Notes: a model not told the origin generated them from the sequence alone. Shown: positions 22,741-35,555, counted from the stretch's first letter. The stretch: 54,143 nt of DNA from Mytilus trossulus (GCF_036588685.1 NC_086382.1:50143235-50197377); one strand, 5' to 3'. Numbers and translations are program-made.

Positions 22741-25700
22741 TGGCAATAAGAAAAAAAAAAAATATCTTTAGACCCGGTATTTTAATAGCACAAATCGAAG
22801 AACACACATTGGGGATCTTGGAACTGTTGTCTGTAATTCAAACAATTGATTAACAAGGAAGCAATGGCTATTTTAAAAATGATACAAAAAAAAATCCAGT
22901 TCTTTCCTGTTACCAAAATGAACCAATTTTAAAAAGTTTCTAATGGGAATAAGAAATAAGTTTAAGACACTATTTGTGGTTTACTAGTATATCCTGCAAT
23001 AGTTTATCAAATGCCAATTATTGATTTTAGCATTTGCAATACAAAAGGTTTAGAAATATACTTAAATATAGTCAAATATTTCGGTAACATGAAAGAATCT
23101 TGAGTAACAGGACAACGGTAACAGGACTGAGTTGGTAACAGAAAGGATTTTTCTACTTTATTTTAAAGGTTAAGAAAAATACATCATTTTAGATTGGTCA
23201 CAATTGAAAGATAACAGCAAACAATGTCATTTATCCTTGAAACTGTATTTGCAAGATGAAAAATCTGCCTAGGTAATGAAAAATTCTAAAATAAATTCCT
23301 TGCTGTTACTATCTACTATACTAGAATTGCACAATGTTCTCTGCTGTTATCAAAGTGGAAAACCCTATTTTTTCATTCAATATACTGTATATTATTTTAA
23401 AATTTATTGGATAAGGTGGTGATAACTTAAATTAAATGAAATGGTTGGGATATAGTAGATAAACTTTTCGATTCTTTAGTGAAATTGTCTTTAGCATCCT
23501 TCCTGTTACTGATGATGGTTATGCTGTTACTTTTTATCAGGTAACATGACAGAACGTAACAGAAAGGAATTACGCGATAGTTTTTGTCCTTTTTGTCCCA
23601 TTAAATGTAAGTGGATATCCTGTGACATATAACATTTAAAAAGATGATATAAAAACACACTTAATGTTGTAGTGCACACTTAAAATTATTCTCAGAAAGT
23701 GTAAGAAAAGGCTATAACAGGATAGAACACCATAAAGTATTTTTCTATAAATTCGTACCTTGGATGGGCTTGAATTTTTAAACCTGGCCGCCTTTCTATC
23801 TATTTCTTTGTACCAATGCATTCAGGAAATGATGCTCTTCAAAATACATAATGGGAAAATAACTCTTGGTCTTGTAAACGTTCCCACAGGTAAAACAAAA
23901 CCAAGTGGTAACAGGAGGGAAATCACCCCTGGGGACAATTTCTTTTCTCTTAAAATTTGCAAAATTTTATTACATGCTCTAGTTATAATATAAAAGGACA
24001 AATTAGGGGCAAGTTTATTATATAATATATCATATATGTGAGAATCGGACGCCTGTTGAATTAATTTGGATATTACTAGTATTTGATGATGATTTAGTTT
24101 TCAAAAAAACACAGGGGACAACATGATTTTAGGGGGGGTTGAACATTTAAATTACAATATTGTATTGGAAGAAATACAAGAATGAGTGTTTAATTGGCAG
24201 GGGTTGCGGTGCATTATATAATTTAGTTTATACTGAAACTTAAAATTTTCAAAAAAGATGGTTGAATAAAAAAATAATAGCTGGTGAAGTGGGGGACACG
24301 GAAAGTAGACTTTTTCAGATATTGTCTCATATACGCCAGACGCGCGTTTCGTCTACAAAAGACTCATCAGTGACGCTCGAATCCAAAAAATCATTAAAAA
24401 GGCCAAATAAAGTACGAAGTTAAAGAGCATTGAGAACAAAAATGAATTTCTGTACTATGGGCTGGACTTTTTGTCCTGTGACATTTTGTCCTTGACCGTA
24501 GAAAATAAATTGAATTTCCCGCTAAAATCAACTATATATCATTGTTATTTTTAGAGCAGGAAGTCATCGGTAAACCTAAACAGTAAGAAAATTTCCCGAT
24601 CACTGTCAAATATTTTGCAAGAAACGCAGTTATTGTCTTCATCATTACAGAAACAGCAAAATATGCGGCATTAATAAAAAAGAAACGAGAAATGGGTAAG
24701 GGTTATTTTTTTTACTTTGCACTGGTGAACAAATGACCAAAACCGCAAACTTAGGGAATTTCCAAATATTTTTCAGTATTATCAGAATGAGATATTAGGG
24801 AAGGACATGACAAATATTGGGTAAACACACTCACCTGGATAGCAATAAAGGATTGTGTAATGGTGTAATAAATCAACGTATATCATTTGTTACATGAAAA
24901 TCAGGATCATGTCCACAGGTACTTGTTTCTATCCATGGGAAGACCCACTATCAACGTAACTATATTTACGAGATTTAGGGGTTTGTTGGTGGTGCCCAGC
25001 CCCCTTATTATGTTGAAAAATTTGGTTGATGATAAAATGAATCTCAGAAGCAAAGAGAAGCCCCCCACTTTACAGCAGAAAGTGAGGGTGGGTAGGAGGA
25101 GTACTGATTCCGAAATCCTGGCCTTAAAAATATGAAATCCTGAGTCATTAATTTAGAAATAAGATAAAATCATGACATCCCATAATTCCAAAAAGGAAAT
25201 CCCTGATGCCCAAAGGGTCAATCCCGAAATCCTGAGCTTTAAAAGAGGGTCTTTAAAAACACCCTTTCCCGACGTCCCAAAAAAGGTCCTGCCCCCTCGT
25301 AAGTGGGACGTCTTTATGAAAACTTCTAGTTCAGCCACTTTCTTGTACCAGAAAGTTTATAATTACTTATGAGTCGTCTAAGACATGTTATCTTTACAAA
25401 ATTGTGTTTTCTCCATCTACCTTGAAACTTGAGAATCTGGGTTACATTTAAGGCACTCTACATTACACCAACTGAGCTAAAGAAGTACTTCTCTAGCTCA
25501 ACCTTGTGATCAAGGAGAGGGGGGTTCTAGGGGTTGGAACCCCTTTTAAAAATGTCTGGATCTTCAACTTTTTACAGCTAACTAAGTTATCTACTACAAT
25601 TTATATATTCTAGGGAAATATCACAAGATCATGTAGTTAGGCCACACTAATAATTATTTTGGTTTGCCCAAACCCTTCATATAGGTAAGTAGGCATGGTA

Positions 25701-26089
25701 GAGGGTGGTAATTGGGGTACTTACCTACTTGACGAATATCGGTAAATATCTTGCCAAATGACGTTATTTAACGGTAATTTTTGGTGCATGACAATAAAAT
25801 GTAACTTTCTTTTAGACTAAAAAAAACATGATTTTTCCAAAAATGACAGTATTAGTAATGATTATTTTTTCAGACCTCTTACAAATCAAGATAAGTTTAT
25901 TTTGACAAATCACTGAAAATTTTATCCAATTTGAAGTGAATGGAAGCCAAAAATGTCTGTTTGGCATCTGACAGTAGTTTTTTTTTATTTTTTTGTAATG
26001 GCAATGAAAAATTGAAGTCTATGTTTTTTAGTCATCACTCTACATGTATATTGATTTAAGTCATATAGAGTCAGCTAGTGATGGGAGTG

Positions 26090-26380
26090 GATTCTGTTGG
26101 AAAATTTCAATTAAACATAGGTCAGGGAAAATTTCAATTGAAAAAATGCCAGGGAAAACTTTCAATTGTCAGAACAAATGCCAGGGAAAATTTTAATTAA
26201 ACATCATGAACATATGCCAGGGAATATTTCAATTGAAAAAATGCCAGGGAAATTTTCAGTGGAAAAAATGCCAGGGAAAATTTCAATTAAACATATGCCA
26301 GGTAAAATTTTCAATTGAAAAAATGTCAGGGAAAATTTCAATTGAAAAAAAATGCCAGGGAAATATTTAGTTGTGATTTA
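26090..26380. repeat. Minisatellite with a 30-37 bp unit (atgccagggaaaatttcaattgaaaaa), about 9 copies
   Basis: Direct tandem copies with variable linkers, visible at 26100, 26150, 26185, 26215, 26250, 26270, 26300, 26325 and 26350. Confidence 0.8.
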
Positions 26381-27221
26381 TGGTGTCTAATTTTTGATAC
26401 CTTTGAAGCATGACATTTATTACCTGCTGCCATCCCCACCTCAAAGACCAACACACCCTCCCTTGACACCTCCACTATTCCTTACTTATTTAGTCCTTGC
26501 TATGCTCTATCAGAAAATATAAACAAACCTTTCGTATGATCCAACATCTTTTTAAACCTTTTCACATACTCTTATTTTTTTCAATTAAAATAACATGATG
26601 TGGTATGATTGGCAATGAGTTTAATATCCTTTTCCGATAAATCCAATGACCAATTAAGTGAGGTGGATTTAAGAAGGCCTGTTGACCATTGCTTGACCTT
26701 TAACAATTATTATCCTCCTGTGTCCATCCAAAACCAGGATACTTTTATGAGGCTATTTATTTGGTATCTCTATCATGAATCTATTATAATTAGTGTTTAT
26801 AATTTTAGTCATGCTCTATTTTTCAGATAAAAAGATGTCAATATTTAGTGATTGTCAGATAGTCCTGGACTTGACTACCAGTGTCAACTTTAAGAAAAAG
26901 ACAGAAATCAGGAAAATTATCACTAATAATGGAGGAGTTATATCCTATATTGTCACTAAAAAGGTAAACATCATAGAGCCTGCCATTTTACAAATTCCAG
27001 TTTTTAGAATTTTATAATATAACAAGGTGTGGTGGATTATTGCCAATGAGACAACTGAAATTCAACAAAGGTCAAAACTTCAATAATCAAGATTTTAAAA
27101 AGCAATTTTATCATTTAACAATTGTTCTTGCAAAGTTCCGGACAGTTGAATTTAAGTGTTACCAAGAGAATTGAAAAGGAAGTTTAATATGACAAACCAT
27201 ACTACTTATATAGTAACCATT

Positions 27222-27940
27222 TTTCGTAAATCCTAGTAATCTTTTACAAAAATCTTCTCCTCTGAAACTAGGTTGCCAAATTTAACCAAACTTGGCCACA
27301 ATCATCATTGGGGTATCTTGTTTAAAATTTGTGTCCGGTGACTTGATCAACTATTCAAGATGGCCGCCATGGCTAAAAATAGAACATAGGGGTAAAATGC
27401 AGTTTTTGGCTTATAACTGAAAAACCAAAACATCAAGAGCAAATCTGAAATGGGTAAAAAAAATTATCAGGTCAAGATCTATCTGCCCTGAAAATTTCAG
27501 ATGAATCGAAACAAACCGTTGTTGGGTTGCTGCCCCTGAATTGGTAATTTTAAAGAAATTTTGCTGTTTTTGGTTATTATCTTGAATAAAATTATAGATA
27601 GAGATAAACAGTAAACAGCACTTAAGATTTACAAATAAGTCAACATGACCGATATGGTCAGTTGACCCCTTTAGAGTTACTGCCCTTTAAAGTCAATTTT
27701 CAACATTTTTCATAAATTTTTGTAGATTTTTCGAAAATATTTTCCACTGTAATTACTGGGCCAAGTTCATTATATATAGAGCTAATTGTAGCAACAAGAA
27801 TTTTCAGTAAAGTAAGATCTACAAACACATCACCATCATCAAAACACAATTTTGTTATGAATTTATCTGTGTCCATTGTTTAATATGCACATAGACCAAA
27901 GTGAGTGACACAGGCTCTTGAGAGCCTCTAGTTTTAAGGT
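27222..27940 (+). mobile_element. Truncated single-unit copy of the composite element seen at 40430-43460: one 480-bp satellite unit plus tail, lacking the terminal repeats
   Basis: Collinear with 42060-43300: taatcttttacaaaaatcttctcctctgaaact...ccaagatggccgcc..ggctaaaaatagaacataggggtaaaatgcagtttttggcttataac...cacaggctcttgagagcctctagtttt. Confidence 0.7.
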
Positions 27941-29039
27941 CTTATAGCCACTTTAACAAGTTAAATTTGATTGTTTTATTATTTGTTTTAAATGACCTAC
28001 AATATGACAGCAGAGGAAATAACTCTTGCTAAGGTTGGTGCATCTGATGACCATTGATTCAATTAAAAATATCTGTTGCAAACAGGTGATTTTACTTCTT
28101 TAAAATAAGTGCTTAGTGGGTAATATAAATGAAAAATGAGCCTTACTTCAGATGACTGGATTTTCAAGGTTCAAAGAGCATTTTTATTTATTTCTCAAAT
28201 TTCATAGCTTTGATTAAGAACAGTAAATTCAGAAATGATTGCATTCAATATATAATGTATTATTGCAATATTTTAAGAATGGACAAAAATACTAGTTTAG
28301 TTATTGTTGTGATTCCAGGAAAATATTCGGTTCATTCTGGCTATTCCTACATTTTGAATTTTATAGGTAAAATAGTAAAATTTTATGTAGGAGTCCCCAG
28401 AATTTTTGTGTAAACAATGGGATTATGTAGGATTATCTTGTAACAACACTAAACTAATGATATTTTATGAATCAAGGTAAATGCAGGTTATTCTTGTAGA
28501 AAATAAAGAAAAAGAATAATTTATATCAAAATTCAGTGGTTGTCGTTTGTTTATGTATAAAATACTTGTTTTTCGTTCATTTTTTTTTCTATATATAAGG
28601 CCGTTAGTTTTCTTGTTTGAATTGTTTTTCATTGTCATATCGGGTCCCTTTTATAGCTAACTATGCGGTATGGGCTGTGCTCATTGTTGAACGCCATACG
28701 GTGACCTATAGTTGTTAATGTCTGTGTCATTTTGGTCACTTGTGGACAGTTTTCTCATTGGCAATCATACCACATCTCCTTTTTTTTTTTTATATATATT
28801 TGAGGCTGAAGTTGAAAGTGTGGGTAGCTATTAATTTTCTTTTTAAATACGTTTTTTTCCAGACTTTCCAGACTTTCCAGACTAAATTAAATTAATAAAT
28901 AAATATTTTATTGCTTTTACTACTTTTTCTTTCATTTCATTTTTATTTTTCCAATGCTTTTACTCCCTTTTCTTTCAATTAAATATATTTTATTTTAGAA
29001 ATTCCATGGTATTAAAATACTTAAAAATATTACTTTATG

Positions 29040-29850
29040 CATGTTTTCAAACAAAAAAGTCGCATTTTTTGGGCGTATGACATTTGCGCCGATTTTGAAA
29101 ATTTTCATTCTTTCATTTGCGCCGATTTCATTTTTTCATTTGCGCCGATTTTATATTTTTTCCTAATTGGATTTACAGGTAAGTTACAGGTAAGTTCATA
29201 CTTTAACATTGGCCGAGCACAGAGTATAAAGACAAATCAAGTGACATTGCAATTGGTAAATGGCTATCCCAATGTTTCGGGTTACCATTCCGTTGGCTTT
29301 CCCTAAATGAAATCGATGACTGCTTCACGTTTGACATTGTCTGACGCTCCGCTCCTTCTGATGGCAAATTTTATACATTCGTAGACAACGTACAAGTACA
29401 CATTCCATAACGGTCAACCAATTCGTGATGGTGTCCATAAAATTAACGGAGGAATGATTTCAACTTCACCATGTGGAACTCTTGGTTTAATAGTTCCCTT
29501 GTGAGAAAATGCGAACTCTAGAAATACCCCACCAGTACAGTACGTATGCCAGACAAAGAAAAGATGACCTTCTTTATCGACAATTACGCCAAATATAGAA
29601 GAGACGAAATCATAAGAAAGGAATATATGTGTTGCCTACTATACATACTCGGCAAAAACCGAGATTTATGATTTGAATGTATTCCGTTTTTATGGATTTG
29701 AATGCTGTACATATATTTTTTAATTCGTCATTTTAGTATAAACAAAGTGCTTTTATCTCAGGTTTTTATTTCTTGATTTAAAAGACAAAATTGGCGCAAA
29801 TGAAATGCAGATCGGCGCAAATGCAAAATGCCGCATTTTTTACATATAAA
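29040..29850. mobile_element. Candidate TIR element of about 0.8 kb with subterminal repeats: catttgcgccgatt x3 at the left end and aatcggcgcaaatg / ggcgcaaatg in inverted orientation at the right end
   Basis: Left end: aaaaaagtcgcattttttgggcgtatgacatttgcgccgattttg..catttgcgccgatttc..catttgcgccgatttt. Right end: ttggcgcaaatgaaatgcagatcggcgcaaatgcaaaatgccgcatttttt. The two ends are reverse complements. Confidence 0.45.
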
Positions 29851-30651
29851 TAATGATTTTTATCTAATTTCCGCAGGTAAATGTGCCTTTGACCAAATTA
29901 GACACTAACGACTAAAACAACATATTTTGCAATAAAAACATGTATTGTTCTTCCACTAATCCCCCATGTAGGAATAGCCAGAATAGTAAAATACAAAATG
30001 TAGGAATAGCCAAATATTCATACTGAGGAATGTATCTGATATTAGAATGCAAGTTCTAATTATTTTGATACTACCCCAGTTATTATTCCCATTAATAAAA
30101 AACTAACAAGAATTTTTGAATTCACTGTAAATATGACTATTTATATCTAATTCTTCCTCAATTTATCCCTTTCTGCACCCATTGTATAAAAAAATTTAAT
30201 CAGCATGTGGTTTGTTTGATCTAAGTACTTCATTGGTTAAAATCCGATTATGACGTCGAATTTTCTTGCTTTCCTCTAAAATTCCTATTTTGACGGCATG
30301 AAAAAAGGCGACCATGCCTCAGGCGGCCATCATCATGACGTCACATAGAAAGAACACTTTATTTTGCAGATCATTCGAAAAGAAGGAATAAGTGTGCCCG
30401 CATATAATGTTAGAAAATCATTAGAGAAACAGATTCCACCACCAAATCTCGTGTAATACAATATTTATCCACTCATGACAGTTAAATTTAAAATATTTAA
30501 AACACTCTGGCAAGCCTCACGTTTTAAATTTGAAAATTTAACTTTCTCTAGTTGATTAATATTATATTACACTCGATGCAGCGGTAGAATCTATATGTTT
30601 TCCCAAATCCAACTAATAATTTCACTTGACTATTTACAAATTTATTTACAG

Positions 30652-31169
30652 AGTACACATGTTGTTTGTAATGACCCAGAAAAGGGAGATATCAGTAACA
30701 AATGTAAAATGGCCACAAAGTATGGATTACCAGTAGTGTCACTTGATTATATCCATGATTGTGTAGACCAGGGGAGACTACTCAGTTGTCTAGTTTATTA
30801 TATGTTTCTGGTTTATTTTCAGAGTACACATGTTGTATGTAATGATCCAGAAAAAGCAGATATCAGTTCAAATGTAAAATGGCCACAAAGTATGGAATAC
30901 CAGTAGTGCCGCTTGATTATATCCATGATTGTGTAGACCAGGGGAGATTACTCTGTTGTCTAGTTTGTTATATGTTTCTGGTTTATTTACAGTGTACACA
31001 TGTTGTTTGTAATGATCCAGAAAAGGCAGATATCAGTTACATGTACAAATGTAAAATGGCCACAAAGTATGGATTACCAGTAGTGTCACTTGATTATATC
31101 CATGATTGTGTAGACCAGGGGAGATTACTCTGTTGTCTAGTTTGTTATATGTTTCTTGTTTATTTACAG
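30652..31169 (+). repeat. Three extra tandem copies (units of about 171, 170 and 177 bp) of the 3-prime end of an intron plus the 5-prime 130 nt of the PARP4 BRCT exon. Each copy carries an acceptor but no donor.
   Basis: The units begin at 30652, 30823 and 30993. Each starts with ..tttatttacAG (a/t)GTACACATGTTGT.TGTAATGA.CCAGAAAAGG.AGATATCAG...ATGGCCACAAAGTATGGA.TACCAGT.GTG.CACTTGATTATATCCATGA.TGTGTAGACCAGGGGAGA.TACTC and then switches back to pyrimidine-rich intron-like sequence. Confidence 0.85.
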
Positions 31170-31368
31170 AGTACACATGTTGTATGTAATGACCCAGAAA
31201 AGGCTGATATCAGTTACAAATGTAAAATGGCCACAAAGTATGGATTACCAGTGGTGTCACTTGATTATATCCATGACTGTGTAGACCAGGGGAGATTACT
31301 CAATACAGATAATTACATCCTGGTTGGAAAAACAAAGTCACAAGAATTCAGCTCAGGAAAGATAACAG
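31170..31368 (+). CDS. PARP4: PARP4-like exon: BRCT domain C-terminal half (fourth and only complete copy). Ends phase 1 at donor ACAG|GTAAAAG.
   Basis: Translation is STHVVCNDPEKADISYKCKMATKYGLPVVSLDYIHDCVDQGRLLNTDNYILVGKTKSQEFSSGKIT. I aligned this to my recollection of human PARP4 as ..THIILDNADVLSQYQLNSIQKNHVHIANPDFIWKSIREKRLLDVKNYDP, which is not a database check. Acceptor AG at 31168-31169, donor GT at 31369-31370. Confidence 0.65.
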
Positions 31369-32478
31369 GTAAAAGAAAATGAAAAAAATAAACAAACTAA
31401 TTTTATAAACGGAAAAGGGGTATCAATCTCAATTTTAGCCTACTGTTTGTTTGAAGTTTTGAAACTTTTTTAAAATTAGAAATATTTTTTTCAATATTCT
31501 TAAGATTTCCAAAGTACAAATCTCTGAATACAATATGTATCACATTGGTTTTAAAAGGTAATGCTTGCGCAACTGATTCAATTTCTGATTTCTTCCCTTG
31601 TATGACTCTCTTTAGACCCTTCTGAAATTGTCAAAATCTATTTAAAAATTCAACCAATTTAGCATTGACTGGTGCCTGTAGGTTCAGATATCAAGATGCA
31701 AGAGTAAATTTGTAGATAACAAAATGTTATGACCTTAAACATGTTAAAAGGTATGTAATGCCTATTTATAATTTTAAATGGCTTGCAGACTTCTAATATT
31801 GTTCAGCAGGTCTGAACGTACTTACGGAAAATTAATATTTTATATTAATATATTATGCTTAATAGACAACTTTTGTGTTCGATGCATTTCCATCAAAAAC
31901 TCTTGTTTTTGTGAACGTCATTTGTGCGTCACTTTCATTCCTATGTTGAGTGAGTGGTTGGAAGACCACAATTCTATATTGTACGAATTATTTGGTAAAT
32001 TGAATTCTCAAAATTGACCATCAGCATTGCTGTCATTAGGGAATTGTCATTAAGTACTTACAGAACAGCCATTACTTCTAGTTTATCCGGCACAATAACG
32101 ATCACTAAGATGCTTGATGAATGTAAATAGTGCAGGGATACAGGCGACCCCCTCTATCTGGTAAATGACGTCATAAAGGCGTGTATAATTGACGAGTTTT
32201 TTCAGGTGACAGATGAACTCAAAAGTGGTCTATTATGTTATGTCCATTTATTGTAGAAGCGAAGTGTATTATTACACAACAAGGGTATCATCTGGGTCCT
32301 CATAATGGACACATTCTCCATTTATATCAATATTTATTTGTCTTAACAATACAACATTTACTTGGCTTACAGATGAGGTAAAAAGTAGCAGACATGTGAT
32401 GAATTGTTAAATATTAGAATATTTAGACATGATGAATATAAACAATGATAAAGATGAATGATTTGTTTTTATTTGCAG

Positions 32479-32621
32479 CCTCGAAATATCAGAGCAAAGA
32501 ACCCAAGAAGAAGAAATTTAAAATTGACCCTAAGAATGTTAAAGTTTGGAAGACAGAAGATAAAAATGCCCCAGAGTACAATGAAAAAGACTATGAAGTG
32601 GCCAAGTATGCCATATTTCAG
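32479..32621 (+). CDS. PARP4: PARP4-like exon, phase 1 in to phase 0 out. The donor is the non-canonical CAG|GCAAGG (GC-AG class).
   Basis: G(31368)+CC gives Ala. The translation ASKYQSKEPKKKKFKIDPKNVKVWKTEDKNAPEYNEKDYEVAKYAIFQ continues the frame exactly. KDYEVAKY matches the PARP4 motif I recall as DFEVAKY. Acceptor tttatttgcAG at 32477-32478. Confidence 0.55.
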
Positions 32622-33184
32622 GCAAGGAATAATTCTGGGTTTTTTTTCATTTTTTAGAAATTATAGAAATAAACAATTTTGAATTAGATTTAAAAAAATA
32701 AAAAAAGATAAGAGATGAAAGCAATTTAAATGATATTTTGCTTTTCATCTCTTTGTCTGTGCTGAGCTGGTAGTCAGATAGTATTTTAAATACTAGTTCT
32801 TAAGTCAGTAATTTGCACTGGAGCATTTTGTGTTTCCTGTTGTCCACATTTTTTTGTGATAACTTGAAGTTGATTTTACATTGAGTGTTTAAAAATTGGA
32901 TTCCCATCTATATGGAATACTTAGGAAAATTAGACACCCCGATGGATCTTAACTATTATTCTGCACAAATAAAAAGTATATATAAACTTGTAAGTGAGGA
33001 AAGTAAACTTAAAATACATATCAAGTCCTTTTCCATATTTCTGTGATTGATTTCATCAAAACCGATAATTATATATTAATTTTTTGGTTAATACATTTAA
33101 AAAAAATTTAATTGTATATTTGTGTCTGTTACAAAAGATTTTGGAACAAACCAATTTTTAAAGAAGTCTATTTTATTTATTTCA

Positions 33185-33415
33185 AAAGACCTACTGTGGA
33201 TTCATTTATTTTCGTGGGTATCAATTTTCGTGGAATGCTGAAAACTTGCATATTCGTGGATATTAGATTTCGTGGTTTTGCCAATCTCTGTATACAACGC
33301 CTATTGAAAATATGATATTCGTTGAACATTTGAATTCCTGGTTCACCCGTTCCCATGAAATCCACGAAAATTGATATCCAACGAATATTAATGAATCCAC
33401 AGTATATGTGCTGTG
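33185..33415. mobile_element. MITE of about 230 bp with 45-bp TIRs (ACTGTGGATTCATT...ATCAATTTTCGTGGA) and TA flanks. A related copy lies at 33880-34095.
   Basis: The left end actgtggattcatttattttcgtgggtatcaattttcgtgga is the reverse complement of the right end tccacgaaaattgatatccaacgaatattaatgaatccacagta. The second copy has the same termini. Both lie in a PARP4 intron. Confidence 0.6.
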
Positions 33416-34199
33416 TGTGTTTATTACTAAGCATACAATATATTTGCTTGTGAGAGAATTGCTCACTATTTGGTATGGGCTTTGCTCATTTTTGAAGGCT
33501 GTACGGTGATCTATAGTTGTAAATTTCTGTGTCATTTGGTCTCTTGTGGAGAGTTGTCTCATTGACAATCATATCACATCTTGTTTTTTTTATATATATA
33601 CAATATTCCTTATTAGTAAAACTTTAAATGATAGCTTACATGTTACTTATATTGTAGTTATATATTTCAGAAATATGACAAGTTAAAAGAGACGACACTG
33701 TTTTATAATTTGGAGATACATGTAGCTGATCCTGTAGATTTAAACAGATCAGACTGTTATAGATTTAGAGTATTTTCACACCATGGTTCTACAGCTGAGA
33801 TTGAGGTAGATCAGATTATCAGATTGTAATTGTTTGATTTCCAAATTTTAAGAGGATTCATAAGTTAATAAACAAGTACTGTGGATTCATTATTATTCTT
33901 TGAATACCAATTTTAATGGATTCTGGGGTACAGGTGAACCACAAAATATAAGTTTGAAGAATAGAAAATTATCTATTGACTAAATGTGTGAAGAATTTGG
34001 CAAAAAACATGAAATTAAATATCCACAAACATATTTCCTTAAGCCACGAAAATTGGTGGTACCCATGAAAATGAATGAATCAATAGTAGCTGTCAAATTA
34101 ATATAATTGATTAGTTTATAAGTTGCGCTGTGCAATATTTTTATACAACCGCAAAAGTTGGAAAAAAATTTGGTCACATATTGGTATGACATTTGTGTC

Positions 34200-35140
34200 C
34201 TCATCTTCGTCCGAAGACATTTGGTTTTCGCACTATAACTTTAGTATAAATTTATAGAATTCTATGAAATTTAAACACAAGGTTTATGACCATATAAGGA
34301 AGGTTGGGATTGATTTGGGGAGTTTTGGTCCAAACAGTTTGGGAATTAGGGGCAAAAAAGGGCCCAAATAAGCATTTTTCTTGGTTTTCACACAATAACT
34401 TTGTAATATAAGATTTATGACTACAAAAGAAAGGTTGGGAATGATTTTGTGAGTTTTGGTCCAAACAGTTTAGGAATTAGGGACCAAAAAAAGTCCCAAA
34501 GAAGCATTTTTCTTGTTTTTTGCACAATAACTTTACTATAAGTACAGAAATCTATGAAATTTTAACACCAGGTTTATGATCACAAAAGGAAGGTTGGGGT
34601 TGATTTTGGGAGTTTTTGTCCCAACAGTTTAAATTAGGGTCTAAAAGGGTCCAAAATTAAACTTTGTTTAATTCATCAAAAAATTAATTATTGGGGTTCT
34701 TTGATATGCCAAATCTAACCGTTTATTCAGATTCTTAATTTTTGGTCCGGTTTTCAAATTGGTCTACATTAAGGTCCAAAGGGTCCAAAATTAAATTTAG
34801 TTTGATTTTAACAATTATTGAATTCTTGGGGTTCTTTGATATACTGAATCTAAACATGTACTTAGATTTTTGATAATGGGCCCAGTTTTCAAGTTGGTCT
34901 AAATCAGGGTCCAAATTTAAACTTGTTTGATTTCAACAAAAATTGAATATATTGCGTTCTTCAATATGCTGAATTTAACCATGTATTTAGATTTTTTATA
35001 TTTGGGCCTGGTTATCAAATTGGTCCACATTGAGGTCTAAAGGGTATAAAATTGAACATTATTTGTTTTCATCAAAAAAATAATTCTTGGGGTTCTATGA
35101 TATTCTAAATCTAACCATGTATTTAGATTTTGGACCATAA
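34200..35140. repeat. Two adjacent intronic tandem arrays: about 3 units of 150-160 bp (34200-34640), then about 4 units of 125 bp (34640-35140)
   Basis: Array A repeats ..aggttgggattgattttgggagttttggtccaaacagtttgggaattagggg.caaaaaagggcccaaa.aagcatttttcttggtttt. Array B repeats ggtccaaa.ttaaa.ttgtttgattt..caaaaa.t.aat.cttggggttctttgatat.ctgaatctaaccatgtatttagatttt. Confidence 0.75.
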
Positions 35141-35555
35141 TAGGTAAATGTCCAATTTAAAATTTTAAGTTTTTAATTTTAAGTTTTAAGATCACATTCA
35201 TTCTGTGTCAGAAACCTATTTTGTGTCAACTATTTAATCACAATCCAAATTCAGAGCTGTGTCAAGCTCAATTGTTGTGTCCATACTTGCCCAAACTGTT
35301 CAGGGTTCGACCTCTTTGCTTGTAAAAATCAGCGCCCTGCGGAGCATTTGGTTGTTCATGAAATCACCATTGTTCATATGTCTCTGATTGATACAAACAT
35401 TGATTATATATTTTGTTAACCTGTATGTATTATTGAGATCTAATATCTGAACATTTACAGTTAATTCTAAAATGAAAAAAATAACACTAGTCTGAAGTGT
35501 GGAAAAAACTCCATATAAGGACCAGTCTGTAATACGATTTGATATTATTTTTCAG

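Noticed and set aside
25153-25372. Overlapping sense and antisense 61- and 66-aa ORFs
   Set aside because: They coincide with the GC-rich palindromic MITE copy, and palindromic sequence yields open frames on both strands.
26090-26380. Possibility that the 30-37 bp repeats with short variable linkers are a CRISPR-like array
   Set aside because: The linkers are 6-10 bp variants of the same motif (gaaaaa or aaacat) rather than 25-40 bp unique spacers. The context is eukaryotic, so this is a minisatellite.
19300-30500. Search for additional protein-coding genes in the 11-kb interval between the two genes
   Set aside because: Every ORF over 60 aa there overlaps a recognisable repeat (SINE, MITE, minisatellite) or is low-complexity. 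None shows splice-consistent exon structure or a recognisable domain.
30595-31169. Continuous ORFs 30595..30906 and 30879..31382 reading through the duplicated BRCT exon fragments
   Set aside because: The inter-copy segments (CCLVCYMFLVYLQ) are pyrimidine-tract intron sequence ending in CAG. Only the last copy has a donor, so the long ORF is interpreted as readthrough of duplicated acceptor plus partial-exon units, not a real 167-aa exon.
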